Shown one piece after another: positions 1 to 9,301 of a stretch of DNA of 22,835 bases. The position numbers were made by a program, and so were the translations under genes. The DNA lies in NCBI GenBank assembly GCA_038248345.1, contig JBBRXO010000041.1, positions 1-22,835 on the forward strand. Direction: 5' to 3'. The notes beneath the pieces were generated by a model. The model saw nothing but the letters and a program-made list of their open reading frames with translations. It was not told the DNA's origin and made no database searches. Source of the DNA: Armatimonadota bacterium. GTDB lineage: Bacteria; Armatimonadota; Hebobacteria; CAIYQO01. The first letter of the stretch is position 1; each line of letters begins with the position of its first letter.

Positions 1-2167
1 CGGTCGCTGCTAAACCAGCGGCGGCGTAGCTGTACAGTTCGTTAGTCATCTCCATCATCGCAGCGATAGCGGTGTTGAACTGGAAGCGCTCGATGTCGGC
101 GGTCACGCGCTTGATGGTCTGGTGCGTCTTGCGGCGCATATCCTGCCCGCGTGTGTCGCACGCATCAACTACCGATACCCACTCGCCAGTGAAGGCGCTG
201 CCATGCATATGAATCTGCCGCCAGTAGCGGTTGAGGAATCGGTCGATCCCCTCGATGCCGGCGGGCACGGTGAACGGTTTGCCGGTCTCCGGATCCACGC
301 CCCACTCGGCACGCTCGCCCGCGGGAGCCATGAAGAGGATGAAGAGCCGGGCGGCATCTGCGCCGTATTCGGCAATGACGTTGTTGGGCGGCACCGCGCC
401 GGAGCGCTTCGACATCTTCTTGCCACCGGCGGTGACTATCCCCTGATTGAAGAGCTTGGTGAACGGCTCATCGAACTCCAGCAGCCCGATATCGTGCAAC
501 GCCATGGTGAAGAAGCGCGCGTAGATCAGGTGCATGGTGGCGTGCTCGCGCCCGCCGATATACATGTCCACCGGCATCCAGTATCTCACCAGCTCCGCGT
601 CGAAGGCCGCCGTCTCGCACTGCGGCGAGCAGTAGCGCAGGAAGTACCACGCGCTGTCCACAAAGGTGTCCATGGTGTCCGCATCGCGCCGTGCTGGGCC
701 GCCACACTGCGGGCAGGTAGTGTTCATGAAGGCAACGCTGGTGGTCAGCGGAGACTCGCCTGCGCCGGTGAATTGCACGTCAGTCGGCAGCAGTAGCGGC
801 AACTGTTCATCCGGCAGTGCCACCATACCGCATTGGTCGCAATATACTATCGGGATCGGCGTGCCCCAGTAGCGCTGGCGGCTGATGCACCAGTCGCGCA
901 GCCGGTAGTTGATGGTGCGCGTGCCGATGCCGCGCGCCTCCATCTCCTCGGCGATCTTCGTCCAACTGATATCGCTGCGCATACCATCGTAGGCCCCGGA
1001 ATTTACCATCACCCCCTTCGCCTCGAAGGCGGCGGTCATCTCGTCGGCGTTCATGTTCGCACCTTCCGGGGCGATGACGATGCGCACTGGGATGTCGTAC
1101 TTGCGCGCGAACTCGAAGTCGCGCTGGTCATGCGCTGGCACCGCCATGATAGCGCCAGTGCCGTACTCCATCATCACGTAGTTGGCCACCCATATGGCCA
1201 CGCGGCTCCCGTCCATCGGGTTCAGCGCGTAGGCTCCGGTGAAGGCGCCTTTTTTCTCCAGCTCGGTGGAGGCACGATCCATCTCTGACATGCTCTTCAC
1301 TTCGTCGCGCAATGCGGCCACTGCGGCGTGCTGCTCCGGGGTGGTCAGCTCCTCCACCAGCGGATGCTCGGGGGCCAGCACCATGAAGGTGACACCGAAG
1401 ACAGTGTCCGGGCGGGTAGTGAAGACGCGTAGTTCCGCATCATTGCCCTCCAGCGCCCAGGCGAATTCCACGCCGCGGCTCTTGCCGATCCAGTTCTTTT
1501 GCATCAGCAGCACATCTTCCGGCCAGTCCAGTTGCGCGTGGCCGTCCAGCAGCCGTTCGGCGTAGTCGGTGATGCGGAAGTACCATTGCTCCATCTTCCG
1601 CTTTTCGATAGTGGCGCTGCAGCGCTCGCAGGCGCCGTTGTCTACCTGCTCGTTCGCCAGCGCCGTCTGGCACTCCGGGCACCAATTCACGGCGGATTTC
1701 TTCTTATAGGCCAGCCCGGCATGGAAGAGTCGGGTGAAGAGCCACTGGTTCCAGCGGTAGTACTCCGGCTCGCAGGTGTTGAAGGCGCGCGCCCAATCGT
1801 AGCCGTAGCCCATCGCCTTGAACTGCTTGGTCATGTTCTCGATGTTCTTCAGTGTCCACTCGTGCGGCTCCACCTTGCGCTGGATAGCGGCGTTCTCCGC
1901 CGGTAGCCCAAAGGAATCGAAGCCGGTAGGGTGCATCACATTGTAACCGCAGTGTGCCTTGTACCGCGCCACCGCATCACCGATAGTATAGTTGCGGATA
2001 TGCCCCCAATGCAGGTCGCCCGACGGGTAGGCGAACATCTCCAGGAAGTAGTACTTCGGCTTATCTCCCCCCGCCACGGCAGTATACTGCCCCGTCTGTT
2101 CCCATAGTTCCTGCCACTTCGGCTCGATAACTTGTGGCTGGTAAAATTCCGGCATCTCATTAATCAT
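1..2167 (-). CDS. leuS: Leucine--tRNA ligase (3' end runs off the window)
   Basis: Manual translation of the minus strand, open to position 1: MINEMPEFYQPQVIEPKWQELW...EMFAYPSGDLHWGHIRNYTIGD...FDSFGLPAENAAI...FTTRPDT...YGTGAIMAVPAHDQRD (CP1 editing domain)...DWCISRQRYWGTPIP...DTMDTFVDSAWY...YIGGREHA...KMSKR. A GAGGG SD lies upstream of ATG 2167. Absent from the ORF track because there is no stop in the window. Confidence 0.97.
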   Translation of the reverse strand, partial: MINEMPEFYQPQVIEPKWQELWEQTGQYTAVAGGDKPKYYFLEMFAYPSGDLHWGHIRNYTIGDAVARYKAHCGYNVMHPTGFDSFGLPAENAAIQRKVEPHEWTLKNIENMTKQFKAMGYGYDWARAFNTCEPEYYRWNQWLFTRLFHAGLAYKKKSAVNWCPECQTALANEQVDNGACERCSATIEKRKMEQWYFRITDYAERLLDGHAQLDWPEDVLLMQKNWIGKSRGVEFAWALEGNDAELRVFTTRPDTVFGVTFMVLAPEHPLVEELTTPEQHAAVAALRDEVKSMSEMDRASTELEKKGAFTGAYALNPMDGSRVAIWVANYVMMEYGTGAIMAVPAHDQRDFEFARKYDIPVRIVIAPEGANMNADEMTAAFEAKGVMVNSGAYDGMRSDISWTKIAEEMEARGIGTRTINYRLRDWCISRQRYWGTPIPIVYCDQCGMVALPDEQLPLLLPTDVQFTGAGESPLTTSVAFMNTTCPQCGGPARRDADTMDTFVDSAWYFLRYCSPQCETAAFDAELVRYWMPVDMYIGGREHATMHLIYARFFTMALHDIGLLEFDEPFTKLFNQGIVTAGGKKMSKRSGAVPPNNVIAEYGADAARLFILFMAPAGERAEWGVDPETGKPFTVPAGIEGIDRFLNRYWRQIHMHGSAFTGEWVSVVDACDTRGQDMRRKTHQTIKRVTADIERFQFNTAIAAMMEMTNELYSYAAAGLAAT

Positions 2168-2189
2168 CAGGTTCCACCCTCAACATAGC

Positions 2190-2229
2190 AATAAACAAGG
2201 CGCGTGGGTAGCCAACAGCTCCCACGCGC
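2190..2229 (-). promoter_or_regulatory. GC-rich hairpin plus U-rich tail in the leuS 5' leader
   Basis: Minus strand GCGCGTGGGAGC-TGTTG-GCT(A)CCCACGCGC followed by CTTGTTTATT. Confidence 0.55.
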
Positions 2230-2242
2230 AGATATGTAAGAA

Positions 2243-2271
2243 AGTATAGATTTACGCGTGGGGAATGTCAA
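2243..2271 (-). promoter_or_regulatory. Sigma70-type promoter for leuS
   Basis: Minus strand TTGACA (2271-2266), 17-nt spacer, TATACT (2248-2243). Confidence 0.8.
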
Positions 2272-2279
2272 ATAGCACT

Positions 2280-2592
2280 CTGGGAGCGCAGGCGTCCCGC
2301 CTGCCCCGTAGCCCGCGCCCGCCGTGGCGCGTATTTGCTTACAACAGCGTGCCCCGTAGCATGGGCGTCCCGCCCATGAGAACGGCCAAATAGCGCATAA
2401 CCTCGAAACCGCTGTAGCCCGCGCCCGCCGTGGCGCGTATTTGCTGATGACACCAAGCGCGTCACAGCGGGCGCGGGCTACGGGATTACACCAAGCGCGC
2501 CACAGCGGGCGCGGGCTACAATTCCCTGAGTACGCACAACACTCCCAGTAACTTATACCTCTCTTCGTGCCTTCGTGTCTTTGTGGTTCACC
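2280..2592. repeat. REP-like palindrome cluster A
   Basis: R1 CTGGGAGCGCAGGCGTCCCGCCTGCC 2280-2305. R2 GTAGCCCGCGCCCGCCGTGGCGCG at 2308 and 2414 (+), and 2458-2481 and 2496-2519 (-). R3 CCGTAGCATGGGCGTCCCGCCCATGAGAACGG 2354-2385. R4 9-nt periodic CTTCGTGCCTTCGTGTCTTTGTGGTT about 2560-2592. Confidence 0.9.
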
Positions 2593-2670
2593 TCTTTGCA
2601 GGTTATTCCCTCACCAACGCAGAATATCCCCTATAATAGCAAGTATAACTGCGCAGGAAGGTGTTGCCGG

Positions 2671-5600
2671 ATGAGTAAGGTAATCAAAATACGCTCCATG
2701 GAGTTCCACGTGGCCCGTAAGGCGCGCGATAAATATCAGTTTGATCAGTCGCTATTTATGCTACGCGGCAATGTCATCTTTGCCAATTTCCATGCGGCAC
2801 GGGTATTTGCGCAGCGAATGAACGCGCAGCGCGACCTGGCGCGCTTCCCCGAGCAGGCGGTGAAGGCGGCACAGATCAACGCCATGGGATTGATCGACGA
2901 GATCATGCACTTCATGATCGGCCAGTACCTGGCGGAGGTGCGCCCCGGCGCGATAGCGCAGGCGCTGCAGGATATGACCGCTAAATGTGGCGCGGAGGCA
3001 GTGGATGCTACGCTCTTGCATTTTGCGGAGGAGTTCCCCCCGTTGGCGGTATATCGCGATGGGCAAATGACGGCAGACTATCTGCCGGGCAGTACCGAAG
3101 GCGTCCCCAACCGGGAGATCTTACTGGAGGAGCTGCTACTGCTTTGGCTGGAGAACGACAACCTGGCAATGAAGCAGTTCAAAGAGTTGTTTGACGCCAC
3201 CAGATTAGAGAAGAAGACTGTCTACCTGGATATCATGACGCGACTGCAGCAGTTCTTTGAAGACTCGCCATCGATGGGGAATGAACAGATTTCACTGATC
3301 GAGTTGTTGCGCCGTCCTGCGCGCGTCTCCCCGCATTCGCTCACCGGGCAACTGGAGTATATGCTGGGCCAGTGGGCGCCGTTGCTCTCCAATAGCCGTT
3401 ATCTCTTCCGCATCCTCAACAGCCTGGACTTCGTCAAAGAAGAGGAGAAGCCAATCTTCCTCGGCCCCGGGCCTGCGCAGGTGTACGACTTCCGCGGCTC
3501 CTACCCGGAGACAGAATCGTTCAGTATGGACAAGGACTGGATGCCCAATCTGGTACTGATGGCGAAGAATACTTACGTCTGGCTCGATCAGCTGGCGAAG
3601 AAATATAAGCGCTCGATCACTAAATTGGATGAGATACCCGATGAAGAGCTGGATGAACTGGCGCGCCGCGGTTTCACCGGCCTCTGGCTCATCGGCCTGT
3701 GGGAGCGCAGCAAAGCCTCACAGCAGATAAAGCAGATGATGGGCAACCCCGATGCCGTCGCCTCGGCTTATTCGCTATACGATTACGCCTGCGCAGCTGA
3801 CCTGGGTGGTGATGCGGCACTGGAAGGTTTGCGCAACCGTGCCTGGCAACGCGGCATCCGCCTGGCAAGCGATATGGTGCCTAACCACGTGGGCATCGAC
3901 TCGCGCTGGGTGATTGAGCATCCAGACTGGTTTGTCTCGGTGGAGCACAGTCCCTTCCCCAGCTATACTTTCGATGGCCCCAATCTCTCTACCGATGAAC
4001 GCGTTGGTATCTATCTGGAGGATCATTACTATACCAAGCAAGACGCGGCGGTGGTCTTCAAACGTGTCGATCTCTGGACGGGCGACACCCGCTACATCTA
4101 CCACGGCAACGACGGCACCAGTATGCCGTGGAACGACACCGCGCAACTGGACTACCTGAACCCGGAGGTGCGCGAGGCAGTGCTGCAGACCATCGTACAC
4201 GTGGCGCGCAACTTCCCTATCATCCGCTTCGATGCCGCCATGACGCTAGCAAAGAAGCATATCCAGCGGCTGTGGTTCCCCGAGCCAGGCAACGGCGGGG
4301 CGATCCCCTCACGCTCCGAGCATGGCCTCACCCGTGACCAATTCGATGCCGCCATCCCCACCGAATTCTGGCGCGACGTGGTTGACCGCGTGGCCGCCGA
4401 GGCTCCGGACACCCTCCTGCTCGCCGAGGCATTCTGGCTCATGGAAGGCTATTTCGTGCGCACACTGGGGATGCACCGCGTCTACAACAGCGCCTTTATG
4501 AATATGATGCGCGACGAAGACAACGCCAAATATCGCTCGGTTATCAAAAATACCATTGAGTTCGACCCGGAGATTCTCAAGCGCTACGTCAACTTCATGA
4601 ATAACCCCGATGAACGAACTTCCATCGAACAGTTTGGCGATGGCGACAAATACTTCGGCATCTGCACCATGCTTAGCACGCTTCCCGGCCTGCCTATGTT
4701 CGGCCATGGTCAAGTAGAAGGGTTCTCCGAAAAATACGGCATGGAGTATCGGCGCGCCTATTGGGATGAGGTGCCCAACGAGTGGCTGATTCAGCGGCAC
4801 GTACGGGAAATATTCCCGTTGCTGCACCGCCGCCGCATCTTTGCCGGGGAAGAAAATTTCCTGCTCTATGACTGTTTCACCGCTGACGGGAGTGTCAACG
4901 AAGATGTCTACGCCTTCTCCAACCGCGCCGGTGGCGAGAGTGGGCTGGTTCTCTATCACAATAGATACTCTTCCGCTCGCGGCTGGATACGCACTTCTGC
5001 GGCGTTCACCGTCAAACACGCAGATGGGAGTAAAACACTGGCGCAAAAGACGCTGGCGGATGGGTTGGGCCTGGAGTATGGCGCGGACAAATACACCATC
5101 TTCGACGATGCCATCACCGGACAGGAGTTCATTCGCCGCAACAACGAACTTCACGAACGCGGTCTGTATGTAGAATTAGAGGCGTACAAAACCCACGTCT
5201 TCCTCGACTTTCGGCAGGTCACCGACGACGAACAGCATCGCTATGCCTACCTGCATGATTACCTTAATGGACGCGGCGTCCCCAGCATCGAGAATGCCAT
5301 GCTTGAGGTAATCCTGCGCTCCGTGCTGCAGCCCTATCAGGCGTTGCTCAATCCCGCAACGGTGGCAGCCTTCCATTCCGCACGCTCTCTCACGGACAAT
5401 GCAGAGTTGTTGAGCGACCTGGCCGCCCAAAAGACGGCTCTTCATACTGCAATTGTGTCCTTCGTTGCCGACGATCACCGGCGCAAGTCCGCAGCAGAAC
5501 TACCCATCGCTACGCCTATCGACGACTGGGCCAAGTTCGCCGTTGCGCTGGCGTTGCCGGATGAAGAACTGAAGGACGCCAGCACCAGCGCCACCCTCTT

Positions 5601-6093
5601 CGGCTGGCTGGTTGTGCATGATCTGGCACGTGGGCTGACAGAATCCGACATCCCCGGCGAGAGCCGTAGCCTCCTTGACGAATGGCAACTCGGACGCATC
5701 ATGCGCGGTGTGCTCCTGGAGAGTGGTCTCAGTGAAGACGCGACAACCCGCGCCATGACGGCCATTGAACTGATGACCGAGCATCAGTGCTGGTACGAGC
5801 AACCGCTAGCTGGCCAGGTAGGCGCACAGCAGCTGATCGGCACCATGCTTCGCGACGAAGCTATCCAACGTGCCCTGCAGGTCAACCGCTATCAGGATAT
5901 CCTCTATTTCAATAAAGAAGCCTATGAGCGCCTGCTCGCGTGGATGCTGCTGATTGCGAAGGTAAACCTCCGCTCTGCACATGCCGCCGAAGCTGACATC
6001 ACCCGCTGTAAGACGTTGCTAGCCACCCTCCGTGAAGCCGCCGAACGCGCTGGTTATCAGGTGGGCAAGCTCCTGGACATGCCGATGATGTAA
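2671..6093 (+). CDS. Large GH13 alpha-amylase-family glycoside hydrolase (~1140 aa)
   Basis: GH13 conserved regions DMVPNH, RFDAAMTL (nucleophile Asp), LLAEAFW (acid/base Glu) and FMNNPDE. SD AGGAAGGTG precedes ATG 2671, with TATAAT at 2632-2637. The ORF-track start at 2575 lies inside a repeat. Confidence 0.88.
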   Translation: MSKVIKIRSMEFHVARKARDKYQFDQSLFMLRGNVIFANFHAARVFAQRMNAQRDLARFPEQAVKAAQINAMGLIDEIMHFMIGQYLAEVRPGAIAQALQDMTAKCGAEAVDATLLHFAEEFPPLAVYRDGQMTADYLPGSTEGVPNREILLEELLLLWLENDNLAMKQFKELFDATRLEKKTVYLDIMTRLQQFFEDSPSMGNEQISLIELLRRPARVSPHSLTGQLEYMLGQWAPLLSNSRYLFRILNSLDFVKEEEKPIFLGPGPAQVYDFRGSYPETESFSMDKDWMPNLVLMAKNTYVWLDQLAKKYKRSITKLDEIPDEELDELARRGFTGLWLIGLWERSKASQQIKQMMGNPDAVASAYSLYDYACAADLGGDAALEGLRNRAWQRGIRLASDMVPNHVGIDSRWVIEHPDWFVSVEHSPFPSYTFDGPNLSTDERVGIYLEDHYYTKQDAAVVFKRVDLWTGDTRYIYHGNDGTSMPWNDTAQLDYLNPEVREAVLQTIVHVARNFPIIRFDAAMTLAKKHIQRLWFPEPGNGGAIPSRSEHGLTRDQFDAAIPTEFWRDVVDRVAAEAPDTLLLAEAFWLMEGYFVRTLGMHRVYNSAFMNMMRDEDNAKYRSVIKNTIEFDPEILKRYVNFMNNPDERTSIEQFGDGDKYFGICTMLSTLPGLPMFGHGQVEGFSEKYGMEYRRAYWDEVPNEWLIQRHVREIFPLLHRRRIFAGEENFLLYDCFTADGSVNEDVYAFSNRAGGESGLVLYHNRYSSARGWIRTSAAFTVKHADGSKTLAQKTLADGLGLEYGADKYTIFDDAITGQEFIRRNNELHERGLYVELEAYKTHVFLDFRQVTDDEQHRYAYLHDYLNGRGVPSIENAMLEVILRSVLQPYQALLNPATVAAFHSARSLTDNAELLSDLAAQKTALHTAIVSFVADDHRRKSAAELPIATPIDDWAKFAVALALPDEELKDASTSATLFGWLVVHDLARGLTESDIPGESRSLLDEWQLGRIMRGVLLESGLSEDATTRAMTAIELMTEHQCWYEQPLAGQVGAQQLIGTMLRDEAIQRALQVNRYQDILYFNKEAYERLLAWMLLIAKVNLRSAHAAEADITRCKTLLATLREAAERAGYQVGKLLDMPMM

Positions 6094-6133
6094 CTTTTGC
6101 TAATCATCAGGGGGACAATCACCCTCCCACGGG

Positions 6134-6162
6134 TAGACTTTCCCCCCCATAACTATTACAAT
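6134..6162 (+). promoter_or_regulatory. Putative sigma70 promoter for pdxS
   Basis: TAGACT (6134-6139), 17 nt, TACAAT (6157-6162). SD AAGAGGG lies before ATG 6211. Confidence 0.6.
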
Positions 6163-6210
6163 ATATAGCATATTCCCGACTATTCGGGTAGTAAAAGAGG
6201 GTTATACAAT

Positions 6211-7095
6211 ATGAGTGAAAAATCAACCTGGCAGACCAAGGTTGGGCTGGCAGAACAATTAAAGGGCGGGGTGATTATGGATGTCACCAATGCCGAACAG
6301 GCGAAGATTGCGGAGGACGCGGGCGCGGTAGCGGTGATGGCGCTGGAACGCGTGCCCTCTGATATCCGCTCCGAAGGCGGCGTGGCACGCATGTCTGACC
6401 CGCAGATGATCATCGAGATCATGGCTGCGGTTACCATCCCGGTGATGGCCAAAGCGCGTATTGGGCATTTCGCCGAGGCACAGATTTTACAGGCGATGGG
6501 CGTGGACTTCGTCGACGAATCCGAAGTTCTCACCCCCGCTGATGAGCGCTATCACATCAACAAGCACGACTTCAAAGTCCCCTTCGTTTGCGGTTGCCGC
6601 GACCTGGGTGAGGCGCTGCGCCGCATCGGCGAAGGCGCGGCGATGATCCGTACTAAGGGAGAAGCGGGAAGCGGCAATATCGTAGAGGCCGTGCGCCACA
6701 TGCGCACTGTGCAGAGCGATATGCGCCGGATCCAGAATATGCGTGAGGACGAATTGAGCGTGGTGGCCAAAGAACTGGCCGCCCCCTATGATCTTATCCT
6801 TTATATCCACCAGCACGGCAAACTACCGGTGCCTAACTTCTCCGCTGGCGGCGTGGCTATCCCCGCTGACGCGGCGTTGATGATGCAGCTGGGAGCTGAG
6901 GCGGTCTTCGTCGGCAGCGGCATCTTCAAATCCAGCGACCCGGCGAAACGCGCCAAAGCGATGGTCGATGCCACCACCTTCTTCGACAAACCGGAGATGC
7001 TGGTAGAGATATCCACCGGTCTCGGTATACCCATGCGCGGCCTGGAGATGAGCGCCATCCCCGAAGCAGAACGCATGGCCAAACGCGGCTGGTAA
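6211..7095 (+). CDS. pdxS: Pyridoxal 5'-phosphate synthase lyase subunit
   Basis: [62 protein letters not shown] and a C-terminal RGW. Confidence 0.97.
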   Translation: MSEKSTWQTKVGLAEQLKGGVIMDVTNAEQAKIAEDAGAVAVMALERVPSDIRSEGGVARMSDPQMIIEIMAAVTIPVMAKARIGHFAEAQILQAMGVDFVDESEVLTPADERYHINKHDFKVPFVCGCRDLGEALRRIGEGAAMIRTKGEAGSGNIVEAVRHMRTVQSDMRRIQNMREDELSVVAKELAAPYDLILYIHQHGKLPVPNFSAGGVAIPADAALMMQLGAEAVFVGSGIFKSSDPAKRAKAMVDATTFFDKPEMLVEISTGLGIPMRGLEMSAIPEAERMAKRGW

Positions 7096-7111
7096 CCCTG
7101 CAATCACGTTG

Positions 7112-7153
7112 AACGCAAAGAGCACAGAGAGAAATCTCTGTGCTCTTTGCGTT
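7112..7153. terminator. Perfect 19-bp hairpin between convergent genes (probable bidirectional terminator, built from the R5 repeat)
   Basis: AACGCAAAGAGCACAGAGA-GAAA-TCTCTGTGCTCTTTGCGTT, starting 17 nt after the pdxS stop. There is no strong poly-T tract. Confidence 0.55.
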
Positions 7154-7210
7154 GTAACCGTTGAGTCGTGGAATTTGGGATAAATCCTCGCCAAACTCAC
7201 ACCACACCAA

Positions 7211-7453
7211 CTATTTCTCTTTCTTATTGAAGTAGTGCATCTTAACCCAGCCCCAATTAAGAAAGACGTGCAGAACTATCAGAAGCACTAGGAAGTAGCC
7301 CGGGAAGACGTGCCAGATTGCGTAAGCGTGTTCACCGCCGAGGCTTTCTATCCGATCAGCGCCGATTAAACCGGTGATACCCTGGTTGATGATGAGCAGG
7401 GCCAATATAGGACTGCTTATCACTTGTAATTTCGCGATTAAGCTACTTTTCAT
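7211..7453 (-). CDS. Small membrane protein, DUF4405-like (80 aa)
   Basis: Two hydrophobic helices with ITG, WH and LHVFLNWGWVK motifs. SD GGAGGAG before ATG 7453. Extended -10 TGGTAAAAT at 7490-7482. Confidence 0.65.
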   Translation of the reverse strand: MKSSLIAKLQVISSPILALLIINQGITGLIGADRIESLGGEHAYAIWHVFPGYFLVLLIVLHVFLNWGWVKMHYFNKKEK

Positions 7454-7510
7454 GTTTATCTCCTCCACATAATTTACACGTATTTTACCAGATAGAACGA
7501 CGCTGCAGGG

Positions 7511-8950
7511 TTATTTGCCGCCGATCGCCCAGATTACCGACAATGTGGCCAGCGTGGTGTAAGCGTTAAAGATGCTATGGGTGACGGCGCTGGCCCAGAT
7601 GCCGCGTGTGTAGTGCGTCACCAACGCCATGGCGATGCCCAGCACGGCGATGGGGAGCAGGGCAGAGAGCGACACATGGACGGCGGCGAAGAACACCCCG
7701 GTGATGATGGCGGCAGGCCAGAGCCCGAAGCGCGCATCCCAGGCACGGAAGAGGATGCCGCGAAAGAAGGTCTCCTCTACCAGCGGGGCCATAATTGAGG
7801 CCACAGCCAACAGAAAGAGCTGGTAGATAATATCAGTGGTGCCGCGTAATCCGGTGAGCAACGGGTGGGTGTTCACCTGCCCATTCAACAACCTGTCGCT
7901 GACAAAGGTGGCCACCACCACCAGCGGCATCACGACCACCCAGGTGAGGATACCGTAGCCGATGGAGCGCCAACTGAAACGCCAGCCAAACACCCACCAC
8001 TGCCACGGACGATAACCGAGAATCAGCAGGAATAAGCCCAGCACCAGCGCCGCACTGGTTAGGGTCGCGATGACATTAACGGCATGATTCATTATTATGT
8101 CATTGGCAGGATTAATGAAGAGCCGAACATTGATGGAGAGAAAAGTCCACAGCAACAGATGCAAGCTGAGCACCAGCATGGCCATCCCCGGCCCCCACGG
8201 TGGGGTATCATCTTCCGGTGTCGGGCGATGCCAGAGAGCAAAAAGCCAGATCAGACCTATGATGAAGCCGATAGCGATAATGCCGAATAGGGAGGCAGAG
8301 ACGTTGAGAAGCCGGGCGCTGATACGGGAGGTGACCGCCAGCTCTTGCAACGCTTTCTCCAGTTGCCCGGCTAGCGCATAGTTCCGCGCCCGCAATATCG
8401 GCCCGCCGGCGATCTTCGCCAGCAGCTCTTCTGCTTTGGGAGACAAGCTCACTGTTGCCGGCTGGGCGGCGAAAAGCGGGGCGAACTCCTCATAAAGTTT
8501 ACTCCCCGACGGATAAACATATTGGGCAGTGGCCAGGTATTTGCGCGCGCCAAGAGTATCACCGGCGGCTAGCACACAAGCGGCGGCATCGAGGTAATAG
8601 CGCGCCCTGTCAACGGGGTCAACTGGATCACTGCCGAGGACTGCCCAACTTTTCGCGGTTTTATTTATCATCTCCGCGTAGTATGGTTTGTTCTTGCCTT
8701 GCAGGATATTGCGATATTGCGCAGCTACCTGATAGGTCGCCAACTTAACATAGTATGCCGTTCCCGCGGTGTCACGGGTGCGGCGGATGGCGTCATCTTT
8801 GCGCGCCCACCACATCCCGCCGATGATGAGCAGGAATGTGAGTAACCCCAGGACAAAGAGCGGCCACGGCTCACGATTGGAGCGGCCAAAGAGCGCCGGC
8901 TCGCCCTCAGTGGCAGGAGATATCTCCAGTTCCGCCTCGCTCATCATCAC
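7511..8950 (-). CDS. CPBP family (Abi/CAAX II) intramembrane metalloprotease with a large N-terminal extracytoplasmic helical region
   Basis: APLVEETFFRG, FFAAVH and THSIFN motifs and multiple TM helices. GTG start overlaps the upstream TGA stop (GTGA). Confidence 0.88.
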   Translation of the reverse strand: MMMSEAELEISPATEGEPALFGRSNREPWPLFVLGLLTFLLIIGGMWWARKDDAIRRTRDTAGTAYYVKLATYQVAAQYRNILQGKNKPYYAEMINKTAKSWAVLGSDPVDPVDRARYYLDAAACVLAAGDTLGARKYLATAQYVYPSGSKLYEEFAPLFAAQPATVSLSPKAEELLAKIAGGPILRARNYALAGQLEKALQELAVTSRISARLLNVSASLFGIIAIGFIIGLIWLFALWHRPTPEDDTPPWGPGMAMLVLSLHLLLWTFLSINVRLFINPANDIIMNHAVNVIATLTSAALVLGLFLLILGYRPWQWWVFGWRFSWRSIGYGILTWVVVMPLVVVATFVSDRLLNGQVNTHPLLTGLRGTTDIIYQLFLLAVASIMAPLVEETFFRGILFRAWDARFGLWPAAIITGVFFAAVHVSLSALLPIAVLGIAMALVTHYTRGIWASAVTHSIFNAYTTLATLSVIWAIGGK

Positions 8951-9231
8951 CCCTTAAATACCGCTATTGTAATATGCACCAATACATAATAAGCAATGCC
9001 CGCCGCTACCATTAAAGCAATGGGCGAGAGGTCAATCCCAAAATTACGAAACCTAATCGTGCCGAGTAGTCTGCGAAATGGTTGCAGCATGGGCTCGGTA
9101 ATGCCATAAACTAACCGCCCGAATGGACTCCAACGCAACGAAGGAAACCAGGTCAACAGCGCGGATAGCAGCATCAGCCAAAACAGTGCTCTTAACAGTA
9201 GCCCCAGGATAAAAATAATCACTTGTACCAT
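8947..9231 (-). CDS. yggT: YggT family membrane protein
   Basis: ALLTWFP...ITEPMLQPFRRLL...GIDLSPIAL motif. Likely start is ATG 9231. Confidence 0.85.
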   Translation of the reverse strand: MVQVIIFILGLLLRALFWLMLLSALLTWFPSLRWSPFGRLVYGITEPMLQPFRRLLGTIRFRNFGIDLSPIALMVAAGIAYYVLVHITIAVFKG

Positions 9232-9301
9232 GCCTGTATTGTAAACATAATCAGGATGGATGGGAAGGGGTACACCCGCTGACAATAGTTAACGGGTGAA
9301 T

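Noticed and set aside
122..1906. Plus-strand ORFs of 224, 151, 108 and 135 aa
   Set aside because: These are antisense shadows of leuS in GC-rich sequence.
2280..2520. CRISPR array
   Set aside because: Repeats are in mixed orientations and families with irregular spacing, and there are no cas genes.
2168..2600. T-box riboswitch upstream of leuS
   Set aside because: A consensus promoter leaves only about 70 nt of leader, no T-box consensus is seen, and the upstream region is explained by REP repeats.
2575..2670. N-terminal extension of the amylase
   Set aside because: It starts inside the R4 repeat and spans the promoter, while the SD supports ATG 2671.
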